Below the pieces are notes generated by a model. That model saw only the letters and a list, made by a program, of their open reading frames with translations. It had not been told where the DNA came from and did not search any database. A stretch of DNA of 63,983 nucleotides, counting the filler, from Pelomyxa schiedti (Eukaryota > Protista > Evosea), in assembly GCA_020536535.1 (NCBI GenBank). It is 7 parts of 7 records of this genome, joined end to end, with 100 filler letters (N's around TTAATTAATTAA, not from the genome) between each part and the next. Parts side by side here need not be neighbours in the genome. Positions count along the whole stretch, not along the records: positions 50,786 to 53,978 come from JAHLWZ010001805.1; positions 54,079 to 60,591 come from JAHLWZ010001415.1; positions 60,692 to 62,789 come from JAHLWZ010002137.1; positions 62,890 to 63,983 come from JAHLWZ010002844.1; 3 more parts are not named here. One strand, written 5' to 3'. Shown here one piece after another: positions 51,530-63,983 of this stretch (position 1 is its first letter; each line of letters begins with the position of its first letter). The position numbers and the translations under genes were made by a program.

Positions 51530-53978
51530 TTACAATGCAAGTAATCTGAACCCTAAATACTGGTGGTTCATGAATGGCAGAAAGAACTCTGATGGTGTGG
51601 CAATAGGGGTCCTTAGATCCCTAAACCCCACCCACAAATCATTATGGAAGGACGAATGTCCAAAGTCCAATTCACATGGGAAAACAACACCATGGACCTG
51701 GAACTGTATCCCCAAAGCCCAAGACTGTATGGAACAAGAATAGACCCCCAAGATGGACCTTCGAGAATCCTGCATACAAGCTTCACTTAACGAAGTTACT
51801 CCCAGAAGCCCTCCCTGACCACCCAGTGACCTGCTGGAAAGCATACAAACATCTCCTGATTCAAGCAGTGTGGCAAACAATGAACAACAACAACAACACA
51901 CAACAGGATACCCTCTCACTACTCTTTAAACTACAGAAGGCCTCAGCACTGGAAGCTCTGAGGATTATCGAAAGCAACAAAGAAGTTGCAGATTTATTTG
52001 ACTATTATCCCCCAAGCCCAGACCAAATCCACGAAGCCATAGCCTGGGTTAAAACTCAACTGAACATTAAGATCCCCAAGAAGAGACATACCCCTTTCCC
52101 CGAGATACCAACTCTACATGCTCAAATGCTAGACCCTATCACCAACAACCTTACCTGCAACTCAAAGAGGAAAGACGAAATTACAAAAGATTTTTGGGCT
52201 CCACTTCTAGGTCCAATATCCTCAAATGAAGAAGCCTGGAAAGCTTTACTGAGCAATTACAATAAGAAACTCAACCCAATCCCCCATCTCACAGAAACAG
52301 ACATTGAAGCAGCTATTCTATCCTGCAAATCAAGATTGGCCCCTGGCCCAGATGGGGTGACCTTTGCAGCATGGAAAGCACTCCCCAAACTCTCAGCATC
52401 AATTCTGTGCAACATGTTCTATTGGCTATCAGAACACCCTGCCCCAGATCACTTCAATGATCCCTTTTCTTTGCATTTCCCAAAGTGGAAGGGACCACCA
52501 GAATTGTTGAGTCACAGCCCATCTCCACCTAACACAGACAACCGCATCATCACCAAGGCAATGTCCCATATCCTTAATCCCCTCATAGCACAACTCTGGG
52601 TTCTTTGAAGGAAGACTCATCGATGATAATATCATGGAGTATCAAACAATACTATGTTCTTAAGCACTACAAAGTTCCAGCACAACTCTTCTCCAAGGCC
52701 TATGACAACCTTGATCGGAATGGCGTTATTCACATTTTGGAGCAAATAGGAATGCCCCAAACATGGACCACCGTAATTGTGCACCTAATGCAGAACACTG
52801 AAGCATACCTACCCTCAGGGATACACTTCCCACTAGGTAGAGGGGTCTGGCAAGGATGCCCCCTCTCTCCACTCCTTTTCAACGTCGTGATAGACACTCT
52901 TCTCATGAAACTCCATGACTCCCCAGCTAAACCAAAGGTATCAGCATATGCAGATGACATCTGCACTATTTGGAAGAATCTAGAGGACCTGGACACAGGA
53001 GCTCCAATCTTCAATCTATATTGTCACAGGAGCTGCTCTGAACTACAAGAAGACAGAAGTCCTGGCAGCCCACCCCCCACAGGCCAAAGATAGAACATCA
53101 ACTGAGTGGCCAGTACAGACAGTAACAAAGTACAAATACCTTGGAGTCCTTATTGGCCACATCTCCGCTCTAGAAAGAGTTGAACCAATGCTCAACAAGG
53201 CCCAGAGAAGGGCTCAGGACATTATACCCAAAGTCCTTGGCCTACAAAGGAAAATAGTAGCCACCAACATTTACATCCACTCAATCCTTCAATACCAAAT
53301 CTGTTTTCTCTCCAAGTCAAGTCTGGCATCCATACATGACCAAAATTTTCCACTTAATAACCCCATCCAACTGCACATCTTTGGAACACTTGACGGCTTA
53401 GCAACACCCACCCCTGCTGGATATGCAGTGGTGGAATGTTGCAGTGGCCATTTCAGGATATCGGAACCCCAACCGGCATAATCCTCTCATCAAAGATGAC
53501 ACAACCCCGATCTGGGAGATAGAAACTCTGAATAAGCATCTCCCATGCCACCTATCTTCTCCCACAGACATATACAGGAGCATACTAGAAAAGCACCCAA
53601 TTAAGCCTTTGCACCACAAACTCAACACCACCATGACCACAACACCATCAGCAACCAACTGGCAAAACTTAGTAAGGAACCTCAACACCCCAGGCATCCC
53701 CCCCTCAATCCAGAACCAAGCCCTCTTGGTCGTTACCAACATGAAACCTCTTAACAATCGCATGGCCCATGTATGCAAAGTCGCTCCGAGTTGCCGGCAT
53801 GAATGTGATTCACCAGAGACAGTAAAACACATCCTAAACAGGTGCCAACATAATTCGGAACTCCGGCAAGAACTGAAACTGAACCCAATGAAGACCCTCA
53901 ACATAGTTCCCAACTCCCCAGACTCAGCCAAATCTGCAGCCAAAACCATCGTAGGGCTATATAATTTCCACACCTCAA
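51530..53978 (+). mobile_element. Decayed L1/Tx1-like non-LTR retrotransposon ORF2
   Basis: APGPDG, KAYDNL, QGCPLSPLLF, AYADD, YKYLG and a C-terminal C..C..ETVKHILNRC zinc motif, split by stops and frameshifts. Confidence 0.9.
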
Positions 53979-54078
53979 NNNNNNNNNNNNNNNNNNNNNN
54001 NNNNNNNNNNNNNNNNNNNNNNTTAATTAATTAANNNNNNNNNNNNNNNNNNNNNNNNNNNNNNNNNNNNNNNNNNNN

Positions 54079-54631
54079 CCGGCGATATCAGTTTTTTAAG
54101 AGGGGATATCATTGCCGTGATTGACTCGAGTGTATGTGAAGTATTTGGCCAATATCACGCCAGCTAATCGTTGCTTAAGAAAGATTGGTGGACAGGGGAG
54201 CTCAAAGGATCAAGAGGAAATTTTCCCGGCAACTACGTGGAGATGATTGACACACCCCCAGCAGAAACGCAAAACAGTGTTGCATCGAAACCCACACCCG
54301 CGGCAGAAGCAAATTGCAGAGTGGCATCAAAACCCACACCCGCAGCAGAAACAAAAAGCGGTGTGGACTCAAATCCAACAGGGAAATCAACTTCCAAGCC
54401 TGTCCTAGCAGCCAGAGCCCTGTATGACTACAAGAGCACTGAACCTGGTGACTTGGTGTTTTCAAAGGGAGATGTAATTACTGTTCTCGACGACACGGTA
54501 TCCTCTTTTTGTATGCACCCAGCTGATTTTCCTTACCCAAATCGCAGAAGGACTGGTGGCAGGGAACCCTCAATGGAAAGACAGGTGCTTTCCCTGGTAA
54601 CTATGTGGTGATTTGTGTAAGGATTGGATAG
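54079..54631 (+). CDS. C-terminal fragment of a multi-SH3-domain protein
   Basis: GDISFLRGDII..DWWTGELKGSRGNFPGNYV and ARALYDY..GDLVFSKGDVI..DWWQGTLNGKTGAFPGNYV. 5' end lost in the gap. Confidence 0.85.
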
Positions 54632-54821
54632 GAAAAGGAATTTAGTACCTTTTCTTGTAGCGTGTAGTATCAAAGTTAAGAGAATAATAGAACCCCCTTA
54701 CGTCTACTGGTGTTGAAATACTTTGGTTCCAACAATCTTTGGTTCTCAACACCCGGGTAGGAAAGAGCGAGTTTCTAATCACATCTTTTAATATTAAAAA
54801 AATACGGCGTCTGTTGAGGGG

Positions 54822-55994
54822 GTGCCGCGCGAATTGTCCAGTTCGTGTGTTGATGTTGCGGTCGACGCACGTCGGCAGGTCGTGGCTTTGGCTGTTGCGT
54901 CGTCGGTGCCGCGTTGTGGTTCGTACAGCGCAGCCAGGTTGCTCACGCCTCCCATAATCCGCGATTTCTGGGCGCTTGTGGCGGGCCGCCGCGAAGACAG
55001 CCCCGTCGTCATCATTCGGCTGAAGGACCCGAAGAAGCTGCACTGGACAGATGCCCAGAACGACGCTCCCACAATCCAGCTCCAGTTCCAGATTTCGCCG
55101 CTAACCCTTGGGGTCACGCGTGGCCCTTGTTCACGTGAAGGCGACTGTGAGAAACCGCTTGGATGGGACTGGAACATAGAGTACAGCAGTCATCATCGCT
55201 GTCACGTGGTAAAAAACGCCACCACTCGAGAGGAACGAACTCTGCAGGGATCGCATCCAATTGTGTCCGCAGTTGCATCCAACATGACGTGGGTTGTGAT
55301 GGTGAGTGAATCACAGCTGCAGATTTATAAGTGGTCTGATGTGGAAGCAAATCCAAACAGAGGGTGTATTGTGAACATTGATTATAAATGTGACCCTTGG
55401 GTGCGTCCGAATTTGTACCTGAGCAGGGCCAGTCCAAATGAACTCTCCTTCTCGTTCTGCTGCGGTTATGCTGTTTATTTCTGGGTGGTGGACGTGCAAG
55501 AGACCAGCAAGAAGAACGCTCTGGTGTTGCTGGATTCCAGGGAACACAGGAAGACGAAATCATCTGGAGGCTTGTGCAACAGGTTCACACTGTGGAATCG
55601 CAAAGACAGAACTGACTTCACTCACATTTGCGAGGAGAGATTCACACCTGTGAAGTCCGCTGTGTCCATCATATTTCATGACCCACGAAGGATCCCCTGG
55701 GCCATAAGTAACGTAGTACGGTTATGCAAGGTAGACGACTTCCGAGTTGCTATTTTCAGAGATTCATTCTGTGTTGTCTGGGATTCCAGTGACTGGAGCA
55801 CACCTGTGGCAACCCACAATTTCTTGGACCCAACATCACTGTTTGCCACTTGTGGGCTCCTTGTTGATATCAGACCTTGTGGCGGGAATTACAACAAACA
55901 GCAGAGACTGTCAGTGATTGATGCAAACAGTGGCCTTGCCATGATCACACTATCCTGGCCCAAGCTGCTGATATGTGGTGTTTTTTCTGTATGA
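54822..55994 (+). CDS. Intronless 390-aa protein of a lineage-specific family
   Basis: Single long ORF with N-terminal ARRQVVALAVASSVPRCGSYSAARLLTPPIIRDFW and a beta-strand-like, Trp-rich remainder. True start unclear. Confidence 0.7.
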   Translation: MPRELSSSCVDVAVDARRQVVALAVASSVPRCGSYSAARLLTPPIIRDFWALVAGRREDSPVVIIRLKDPKKLHWTDAQNDAPTIQLQFQISPLTLGVTRGPCSREGDCEKPLGWDWNIEYSSHHRCHVVKNATTREERTLQGSHPIVSAVASNMTWVVMVSESQLQIYKWSDVEANPNRGCIVNIDYKCDPWVRPNLYLSRASPNELSFSFCCGYAVYFWVVDVQETSKKNALVLLDSREHRKTKSSGGLCNRFTLWNRKDRTDFTHICEERFTPVKSAVSIIFHDPRRIPWAISNVVRLCKVDDFRVAIFRDSFCVVWDSSDWSTPVATHNFLDPTSLFATCGLLVDIRPCGGNYNKQQRLSVIDANSGLAMITLSWPKLLICGVFSV

Positions 55995-56272
55995 ATTCAT
56001 AAAAAATCAGCCCACCACGTAGTGGCTGTGTTGTTAAAATGAATGCTGGGCATTATACTTCCCAGAAAAAAAGAACTTTTTTGATTACGACAGAAGCAGT
56101 GTTGGTTAGGACTGAGCCGCTAGTTCTGGGAGGGTTCCTCACCATTCTGAGCTTGGAGGATCCACCCCAAGCACTAGATCTGAGACAAGTTACAGTTGCA
56201 GTCATTTAATTAAAACAAGTCTGATCACAGAAAAGTCCAACAAGGTGGTGCGCAGAGACCCACAAGTGCGAG

Positions 56273-59200
56273 ATGTCGTCACTGTTTTCCGCGGACTTGT
56301 TCTCCTGCTTCGACGAGGTTCCTGCCCGGAGACCAACAGAACCAACCGAACAACAAAGTACCCCCGAAACCCCATTTTTCCCCTCTTTTTTCGTTTTTTT
56401 TATTAGTTGTGTCCACAAGCAAATATTGTGGGTTTTTTTTCCCCCTGCTCCTTGTGTTGTGGTTTTATTTGCACTTTTTATTTCTAACCCTTTTGCTTTT
56501 TTAATTTTTTTGTGTTGAAATCAGCCAGAGCACCACCTCCCAAGAAAAGCAGAGTTGATAGTGCTGCTGCAAATACCACCAATGCAACTGCAGCACCAAC
56601 AAACACCAACGCACGACCCCGTGATGAACCAGCAGAGCCCATGCAAACGGAAACACAGGATTCCGCTCCCATAATCACCACTACGGCCACAGCCGCCGTG
56701 GTTTCCTCCACAACAACTACTACCAGTACTGTTTCTGTGAGTGACCCTTCACATAGTCATACCGCGGCACCTACGGCATTACAGACTCAGGTGTTACTGC
56801 AGGGTCCCAGGACTAAAAAGTGCATACATGAGGTAATATCTCCCGTTTTTTGTTGTTCTTTGAAATTTGAATCCCTGGTTCACTGAGTGGTGGCTTTAAT
56901 ATTTAATTTTTTTTTTCTGTGGGTAGGTTACTCTGCCTGTGGGTTACGTTGACACGACTGACATTCAAAACCCTGTGTTCCCAGAGAAACCAAAAAGACA
57001 ATGGAAGTTCGAGCTGGATCCTTTCCAAAAAGTAATTCTTTCTTTTTGCATTGGAAACCTTGTTGTGTTAACAATGCCAAATAGATGTCAATTGCCTGTC
57101 TCGAAAGAAATGAATCAGTCCTGGTTGCAGCTCATACATCAGCTGGAAAAACCGTGGTGGCAGAGTATGCCATTAAAATGAGTCTGCTGGCCGGACAACG
57201 TGTGATATACACATCACCTATCAAGGTTTCCTTTTGCTTCACAACCTTCTCCCTCTAACTTTCTTTTTTTTTTAAAAAGGCCCTGAGCAACCAGAAGTAC
57301 CGAGAATTGGTGGAGGAATTTGACGATGTGGGATTAATGACTGGTGATGTAACAATCACTCCAAATGCGAGTTGTCTTGTAATGACAACAGAAGTATGTC
57401 CTTTTATTCTTTAAGATTTTCATTCCCAATCTGGAATATTAGATTTTGCGTAGTATGCTGTACCGTGGTTCAGAGGTTCTTCGAGAAGTTGCTTGGGTAA
57501 TTTTTGATGAAATTCACTATCTAAGAAATCCAGGTCTGCCCAATACATAAGTAGTGCCTTTACTCCTAATTCTCACAAACCTTATAGAGCGAGGTGTTGT
57601 TTGGGAGGAAACAATCATCTTACTTCCTGACAAAGTTAGATTTATATTCTTATCCGCAACTATTCCAAATGCTAGAGAATTTGCTCATTGGATAACCAAA
57701 ATCCATTCACAAGTTGGTTTAATAATTCCCAATGAGAGTGTAATATCTTACCCAGCCTTGCCACGTTGTTTACACCGATATGAGGCCAGTTCCACTGCAG
57801 CACTACATATTTCCAGCAGGAGGGGATGGGCTTCACCTTGTTGTTGACGAAAAGTGCACCTTCAGGGTTTTGTCTCCACCCTCCCTTTTTTTTAGTACTG
57901 AAAGAAAAAAAGGAAGATAATTTCAACAAGGCATTAGCATCCCTGGGGCCTCAGGACGGGAAAGCCACCCAAAAACGGTCTGGCGCTAAAGGTTTCTTTC
58001 TTTTTTGGTGTTTTATTACTCACATTTTCCAGCAATGCAACAGACAGCATCAGACTGTGTTAAAATAATCAGGATGATTATGGATCGAAATTATGAACCT
58101 GTAATAGTATTTTCTTTCAGTAAGAGGGATTGTGAAATGCTAGCCCTGCAAATGTCAGCGCTTGATTGGAACTCAGGTGCCTTATCTTCTTATTGTACAC
58201 TGTGAGCTCATTTAACCCAGAGGATGAGAAGTCATGTGTAGAGCGCATTTATCGCAGTGCCATAGAGTCTCTTTCCCCCTCTGATCAGCAATTACCCCAG
58301 ATAGTTCATATTTTGCCCTTGTTAATGCGCGGCATCGGCATTCATCACAGTGGACTATTACCTATATTGAAAGAAATTATTGAAATTCTGTTCCAAGAAG
58401 GATTGATAAAGGTAGGCAGGAGAAAAAAATATCTTGTTCAAAAACAATCCCCCAGAGAGCATTAATGGAACAACACTTAGGCTCTTTTTGCCACAGAGAC
58501 ATTCTCCATGGGTCTGAATATGCCCGCCAAAACTGTTGTGTTCACATCTGTCAGAAAATTTGATGGTGGAAGTTTCCGTACAGTTTGTTAGCCGTAAAGG
58601 ATTAGGACTCTGTGATTAACACTTCCAAGATAACTTCAGGCGAGTATATTCAAATGAGTGGACGAGCAGGCAGACGAGGCCTGGACGAAAGAGGAATTGT
58701 TATTCTCATGATTGATGAAAGGATGGAGCCAAATGTCGCTAAAAGTATGGTCTTTGGGCAGTCAGATCCCCTGAACAGTGCCTTCTACATTGGTTACAAC
58801 ATGCTACTCAATTTACTGAGAGTGGAGGGCATTGACCCGGACTATTTGGTGTCAAAGTCTTTCCGTCAGTTCCAGACTCACAATGCCTCTCCCGCCCTCA
58901 TGCAAAGTATCCTCCTTCAGTATCCTGCATTAATGACACCCAATCTTTAGAAATCCAGACACTTGAGCAAAAAAAAACAGCTATTATCGTAGAAGAAGAA
59001 CAATTGGTCTCTGAGTTTTATTTCCTGCGCGAAAGCCTTAGTCTTCACAAGAAGAAGATGAGGGAGTACATCAACCAACCGCTCTATGCTATTCCTTTTA
59101 TTCAGCCGGGTAGACTAGTGAGAGTTGTTGACGGGGAAGATGACTTTGGCTGGGGTTGCGTTGTCAACTTCACCAAAAAGACCCTAGGCAGCCATGATGT

Positions 59201-60591
59201 ATTCATTTCTCTGTCAACAACAGAAAAACTAACGGTAGATAGGCCACGATAGGAACAGCTCAAGCAACAAATGCACCCTCAGTTCTATATATTATAGAGG
59301 GCATTTTTGACTGTGTGAAGGATGAGGCTTCGGGAAAACACAGACCAAGACAGCCCGGTGTACCATCACAAGCATACATAATGCCGTTTGTTCTTTCCAC
59401 TGTGGATGGAATCAGTTCGGTTCGCTTGGTTCTGCAAAAAGATCTCAGGTAAATTCTAGGCCTGTACATTTTAGCTTGTATAAGAAAGAGCTTTAGGTCG
59501 CAAGACATGAAGAATTCAGTTGCGAAAAGTGTGCACTCAGTTGAAGCTCGTTTCCCTGATGGTATTCCTCTACTGGACCCAATTGAGGACATGCAAATAG
59601 AAGACCCAACCTTCCGTGGCATAATAAGGGTACCTACCAAAAGTCAATACACATAAGAGTCTTACATCAACACGTAGAAAATTGAATCACTGGAAGACAA
59701 ATTACTCAGCAACCCTAAGTTTGAATCCCAGGTGGTTCAGGATAACTACCAAAAGTTCCACCAGAGGGTCAAGATTGACAATGAGCTAAGGACTCTAAAG
59801 CACACCCTGAAGAGTGCTAATGAAATTGTCCTCAAAAGTGATTTGCGTAACATGAAGAGAGTGCTGAGAAGGTTTTTACTGCACTGTTACAGGACTTTTA
59901 TGAACTCAACTTTTTTTCTAGACTTGGGTACACCAATGCTGAAGACGTAATTGAAACAAAGGGGCGTGTTGCATGTGAGATCAGTGCGGGCAATGAGCTT
60001 CTCATCACAGAGCTGATGTTTGCCGGGCTATTTAATGAACTGCCACTTGATGCAATGGTTTCTCTACTCAGCTGCTTCATAGCTGAAGACAAGGTGTGCA
60101 CCCCGGCCTTGCACCACAAATAGCTCAAATTTTCCGCAGGTGACTCGCGAGGTTAAAATCAAACCCGAGCTGCAACCAGCATATCAACAAATGCAAACCA
60201 CCGCCAGGCACATCGCCACAATTTCACAGGAATGCAAGCTTGAAGTGGATGTGGAGCAATTTGTACAAAAGTTCCAGCCAGTACTGATGGAAGCCGTCTA
60301 TGCCTGGTGCCAGGTTTATTCCCTTTTTCTTTTTTTTTTCCAGCATCCATCAATCATCACCAAACAAGGAACTGACCTCAAACACAATTCTAACAAAACG
60401 CTCACACAGGGAGCCAAATTCGCCGACCTGTTGCAAATGACCGATATATTTGAGGGCAACATAATCCGCGCACTTAAGCAACTGGAGGAGCTGATGCGGC
60501 AGATGGTGTGTGCAGCAAAGTCAATAGGCAACACGGAGCTGGAGCAGAAGTTCGCAGAGGGAATCACCAGAATCAAGAGGGACATTGCATT
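56273..60591 (+). CDS. MTR4: Exosome RNA helicase MTR4 (Ski2-like DExH), truncated ~6 codons before the stop by the gap
   Basis: LFSCFDE N-terminus, [54 protein letters not shown], arch/[16 protein letters not shown], and ending [11 protein letters not shown]. Confidence 0.96.
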
Positions 60592-60691
60592 NNNNNNNNN
60601 NNNNNNNNNNNNNNNNNNNNNNNNNNNNNNNNNNNTTAATTAATTAANNNNNNNNNNNNNNNNNNNNNNNNNNNNNNNNNNNNNNNNNNNN

Positions 60692-62300
60692 GTATGCCAA
60701 ACCCATTCCCTGAGTGTTTTGCGTGAAACATGCCAAAACGCAGCCTCCTGATCCTCAGTGGAGTACACCCTTAAGAACCGCAATGCCCAAAGCAAGTGCA
60801 GTGGTGAAACACTCACTGTGTGTATCAATTAGAATGAGCAGGTCCACAATGGTGTCAAAACAAATGCTGAAATTGCTAGCCCCAACTCGTGGCTCAACTG
60901 ATCCAAACACCTCCACCAGCAGTCCCCCCAAAATCATTTCATACCAAGCACAACTCATTTTATCAATTAATGAACAAAGTGAACATGAAATTAATCTCTA
61001 TTGAAGGGGTTGATGAGCGATTTGTTCAAAATCAGTACCAACTTGCAGAAAATCGCGAATATGCTTGCGATGAATTTACAGGAAATCAATTGATGAAATC
61101 ACTTCGTACAAGGGAGTTTTCTCAGTAACCAGGAGCCCTCCCGTCACCCCAACACAGGGACCAAGACCAAAGAGCCGACGCCGTGCAAGCAGCACTTCTG
61201 CATCATCAGCAGCCATAGATTTGAGTGACGTCGAATCTGATGACCCTGAGACACAAACACAGACAACCACACCAACGTTCAGCCCTGAGAGTCTGATAAC
61301 AAGTGCAGTGCAAAGGTGCGCAGTTGTGACAGCCTCTATTGCACCATGTGTTTTTGCAACAGCCCAAGAGGTGTTCATCCTCTTTCCAGTCACTCGCTTT
61401 CAACTTCAATTTTTCATTGAGTGGGATGAGAAGTTGGTGGTTGTGAAAGTTGTGTCTCCCCCAGTACAGAAACTGTACTGAGCACCTTCACTTATGGCCG
61501 AATAGCACAGCACTTGGTTGCAGACCGCACAAGCACCATCAAAATTGCTGTGCCAATTGACTTTTCAAGGATCGACCATTCCTGAAATCCCCAGCCCAAA
61601 TGTGGAACTTCCCAACCTAGTTTCCACTGTTGCTGAAGGATTGGTCATTTATCTCAAACCACTGGAGGAGCAACGAACTACAGCTCGTATTCTTTTAATG
61701 AGAGGGGTTCTGCATCCAGTAACAGGCATTTTGTACTTTCTAAGCCAAGCTCTCATATACAGTGAAGGTTTTGGCTGTTGACCTTAGCACAAAGTTTTTG
61801 GTGTTTAGCTTGACGTGCTAATACCAAACTGCTTACTCTCGAGTGGTACACAGCTGTTCGATGTTGTGCCTGCATTGACCCGCACTAAACGCGTCAATCC
61901 CCCCAAAATGCGATTTCCTTTTGGATCTGTTGCTGGACTTCTTTTTTAAAATTCAACCCTGTCTTGAAAAGTGGGAAAGTTGTCAACTTCATTGGGTTCT
62001 GTGAAATTGATCGAAAAATGGGTTGGAAGACTAAGTTTTCTGATGAGCAAGTGCAGGCTTTTGTGGTGCCTCCAGAGTTTCATATAAACAACACTCCTCT
62101 TGGTTGTGCTTTGGCCTTCATCATGTTGCCAATTATACCTTTTTTGCCCTACACCATTGTTGAATGCTTCTCGCAAATTAGTCACCATGTAGGACAAACC
62201 CTGAAAAGGTACCAACATCAGTGCCTGACTGTTCTGAGTCATGGTGGAGGTCATTCTTGAAGAAAGAAGCACTTCCTTTTCATTCAACAACTACAGTGTC
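60692..62300 (+). pseudogene. Decayed coding-like sequence, unassigned
   Basis: Series of short same-strand ORFs of protein-like composition, broken by stops. Confidence 0.3.
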
Positions 62301-63983
62301 ACTAGAATCAGCAGAGATCTTTTAACATCAACCTCAGTTTCTTCTGCCAAAAAACAATTAATAATGCTGTAATAGCTCCACTTACTCAATTGAAAGCTCA
62401 ACCCCCTCAAAAAAAAGCCAAAGCAAAGAAAAACTCAACAACAGAACCACATCCAGTTGTACTTGCCTCAGCTTTGTTCAGTCTACCTCCTCTATTGTTG
62501 CTTTGCCTCAACCTAGCTTACTCAACTCTGTGTCACCCCTTGCTTTACCTCTGTCTGCTTCATCTAACTATTCTTTACCTCAGTCTGCCTCATTGAATGT
62601 TGCTTTGTCTTACCTTATCTGTCCAACTTGGGTCGTTTTTGATGCAATTTCGCACTCCACAGACCATTGCTCATTTATTCTGTTTCATGACAGCTTTGTT
62701 CGGCTCTTAGGCCCGACATCTCAGTTTTTTTTTCCCATTCGATGAGCACCTGTTCGTCAATGAAAGGGTGTGCTGTGGTTGGAATATGGNNNNNNNNNNN
62801 NNNNNNNNNNNNNNNNNNNNNNNNNNNNNNNNNTTAATTAATTAANNNNNNNNNNNNNNNNNNNNNNNNNNNNNNNNNNNNNNNNNNNNGGCGGCCTCAC
62901 GAAGCTCCTCTTCTGGGGCAACACCAAGTTGGTTATCTCGCCCTCCTCCAGGTCATCCGAGCCAGTGCGACTGTTAGTACGAGGCCTCATCACCCAACAG
63001 AAAATTTCTTCTTTTTTATTATTCTCAGCTAATCTGATTGCAGATAAGACAAAACTCAGAATAATAATGGCTCTCCACCACGGACATTTCGCCAAAGGGA
63101 AAAACCAAGTCGAACTGGAACTGGATTAGGCGATGTGGTACCTTGTGATTCTCAATAACTCGAGTGGAACGTAAGTGTGTCCCACCTTGTGTGGCGCCAC
63201 ATCGTGCATCAGGTGGAAACTACGCGGGGGAAAAAAACTAACTTAACCATTCAATCGAAGACGAGGCGATGAGGAAGGGAAACACAAGCGGATGACCGAC
63301 GTGCACTGCCAAGCGGAGCACAAGGCCCCCCAATGGTTGGATCTGTCCGCATCACCCTGGTAGAGGCCCCACTCCAGGAGTTTGTGTGAAGAGCTGCAGA
63401 ACGTTTTGGCCCCCCTCCCGCCACCGCCCCCTGCGTCTTTTTCTTTTTTTTTTATCAGTGCTTTATTTTGTTGGGTTTGTTTTAGCACATCATTTGAGTG
63501 TAATTCCTGCTGGGATAGGGCCCTAAAGATGCACCCGCCAGACCAGTGTCCGCAATAATGGGAAAAGTCTAAAAATAGATTTCAAAAAAGAATTTTTCAC
63601 GGTTATTGCGGTGCCTTTTTGAGTGTGGGTGCTTAGTTGCCGCTCGTTCAGTATCCATTTCTTGGAGTGTGTCTCAGCTTGCCAGAGAGGTGCCTCGCAG
63701 CGCCAACAACGCCTTATGTAATGCCTTTCACTCCAACCACATTCCTCTTGCAAGATCTCAATCCTAACACTGTACGTAGAAACATCACTGCCAAGATCCC
63801 ACTCGCGCTGATTCCAAACTGTTACCTCTTGTGTCGCTGTTCCAGGCATAGAAACACAAAGGGCCGTTGCTGCAGATCTTGACTGAGGCCTGACATACAA
63901 AAGAAAGAAAAGATTTAAAACAAACTGTATTGTATTTTATGCGTAATCCAAAGAAAAAAAAACAGGCTTGGGTTTGGGAGTTT

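Noticed and set aside
61964-62260. Ulp1-like protease hint (HINNTPLGCALA)
   Set aside because: Resemblance to QxNxxDCG is too weak and no His/Asp motif could be placed.
62890-63983. Short ORFs on the last contig
   Set aside because: No recognisable motifs or consistent exon chain.

Overview
Intron-rich eukaryotic (protist) genomic DNA. It is a scaffold of contigs joined by six artificial 100-bp linkers (N44-TTAATTAATTAA-N44) and two plain 100-N gaps. The gene style and an 'ARxQxxALA..RCG..SAARxL' protein family suggest an amoebozoan such as Pelomyxa; this is inference from recall and is not verified. Positions 1-18.3 kb are a compact gene block: divergent Vps35, a zinc-finger-serpin fusion, a DlpA/DRP5-type dynamin, Arf, a bacterial-type ATP-dependent RNA ligase, a RING protein, a class-3 lipase and a VIT-vWA protein. 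Positions 18.4-54 kb are mostly decayed genes and transposons: a gag-only LTR element, a TM-FHA-kinase with a partly inverted paralog, an ~880-bp foldback palindrome, an RLE-type LINE end, an L1-like LINE and Ty3/gypsy fragments. The main finding is a ~4.1-kb non-coding LTR element (LARD-like) with TGT..ACA LTRs, a tRNA-Ala-like PBS, a PPT and an internal poly(A). It occurs in several copies, one tandem junction shares an LTR, one copy interrupts a gypsy RNase H, and that copy carries a small MITE. The last 10 kb holds an SH3 gene fragment, an intronless family gene, MTR4 and decayed sequence. Exon boundaries were read by eye and are approximate unless stated.
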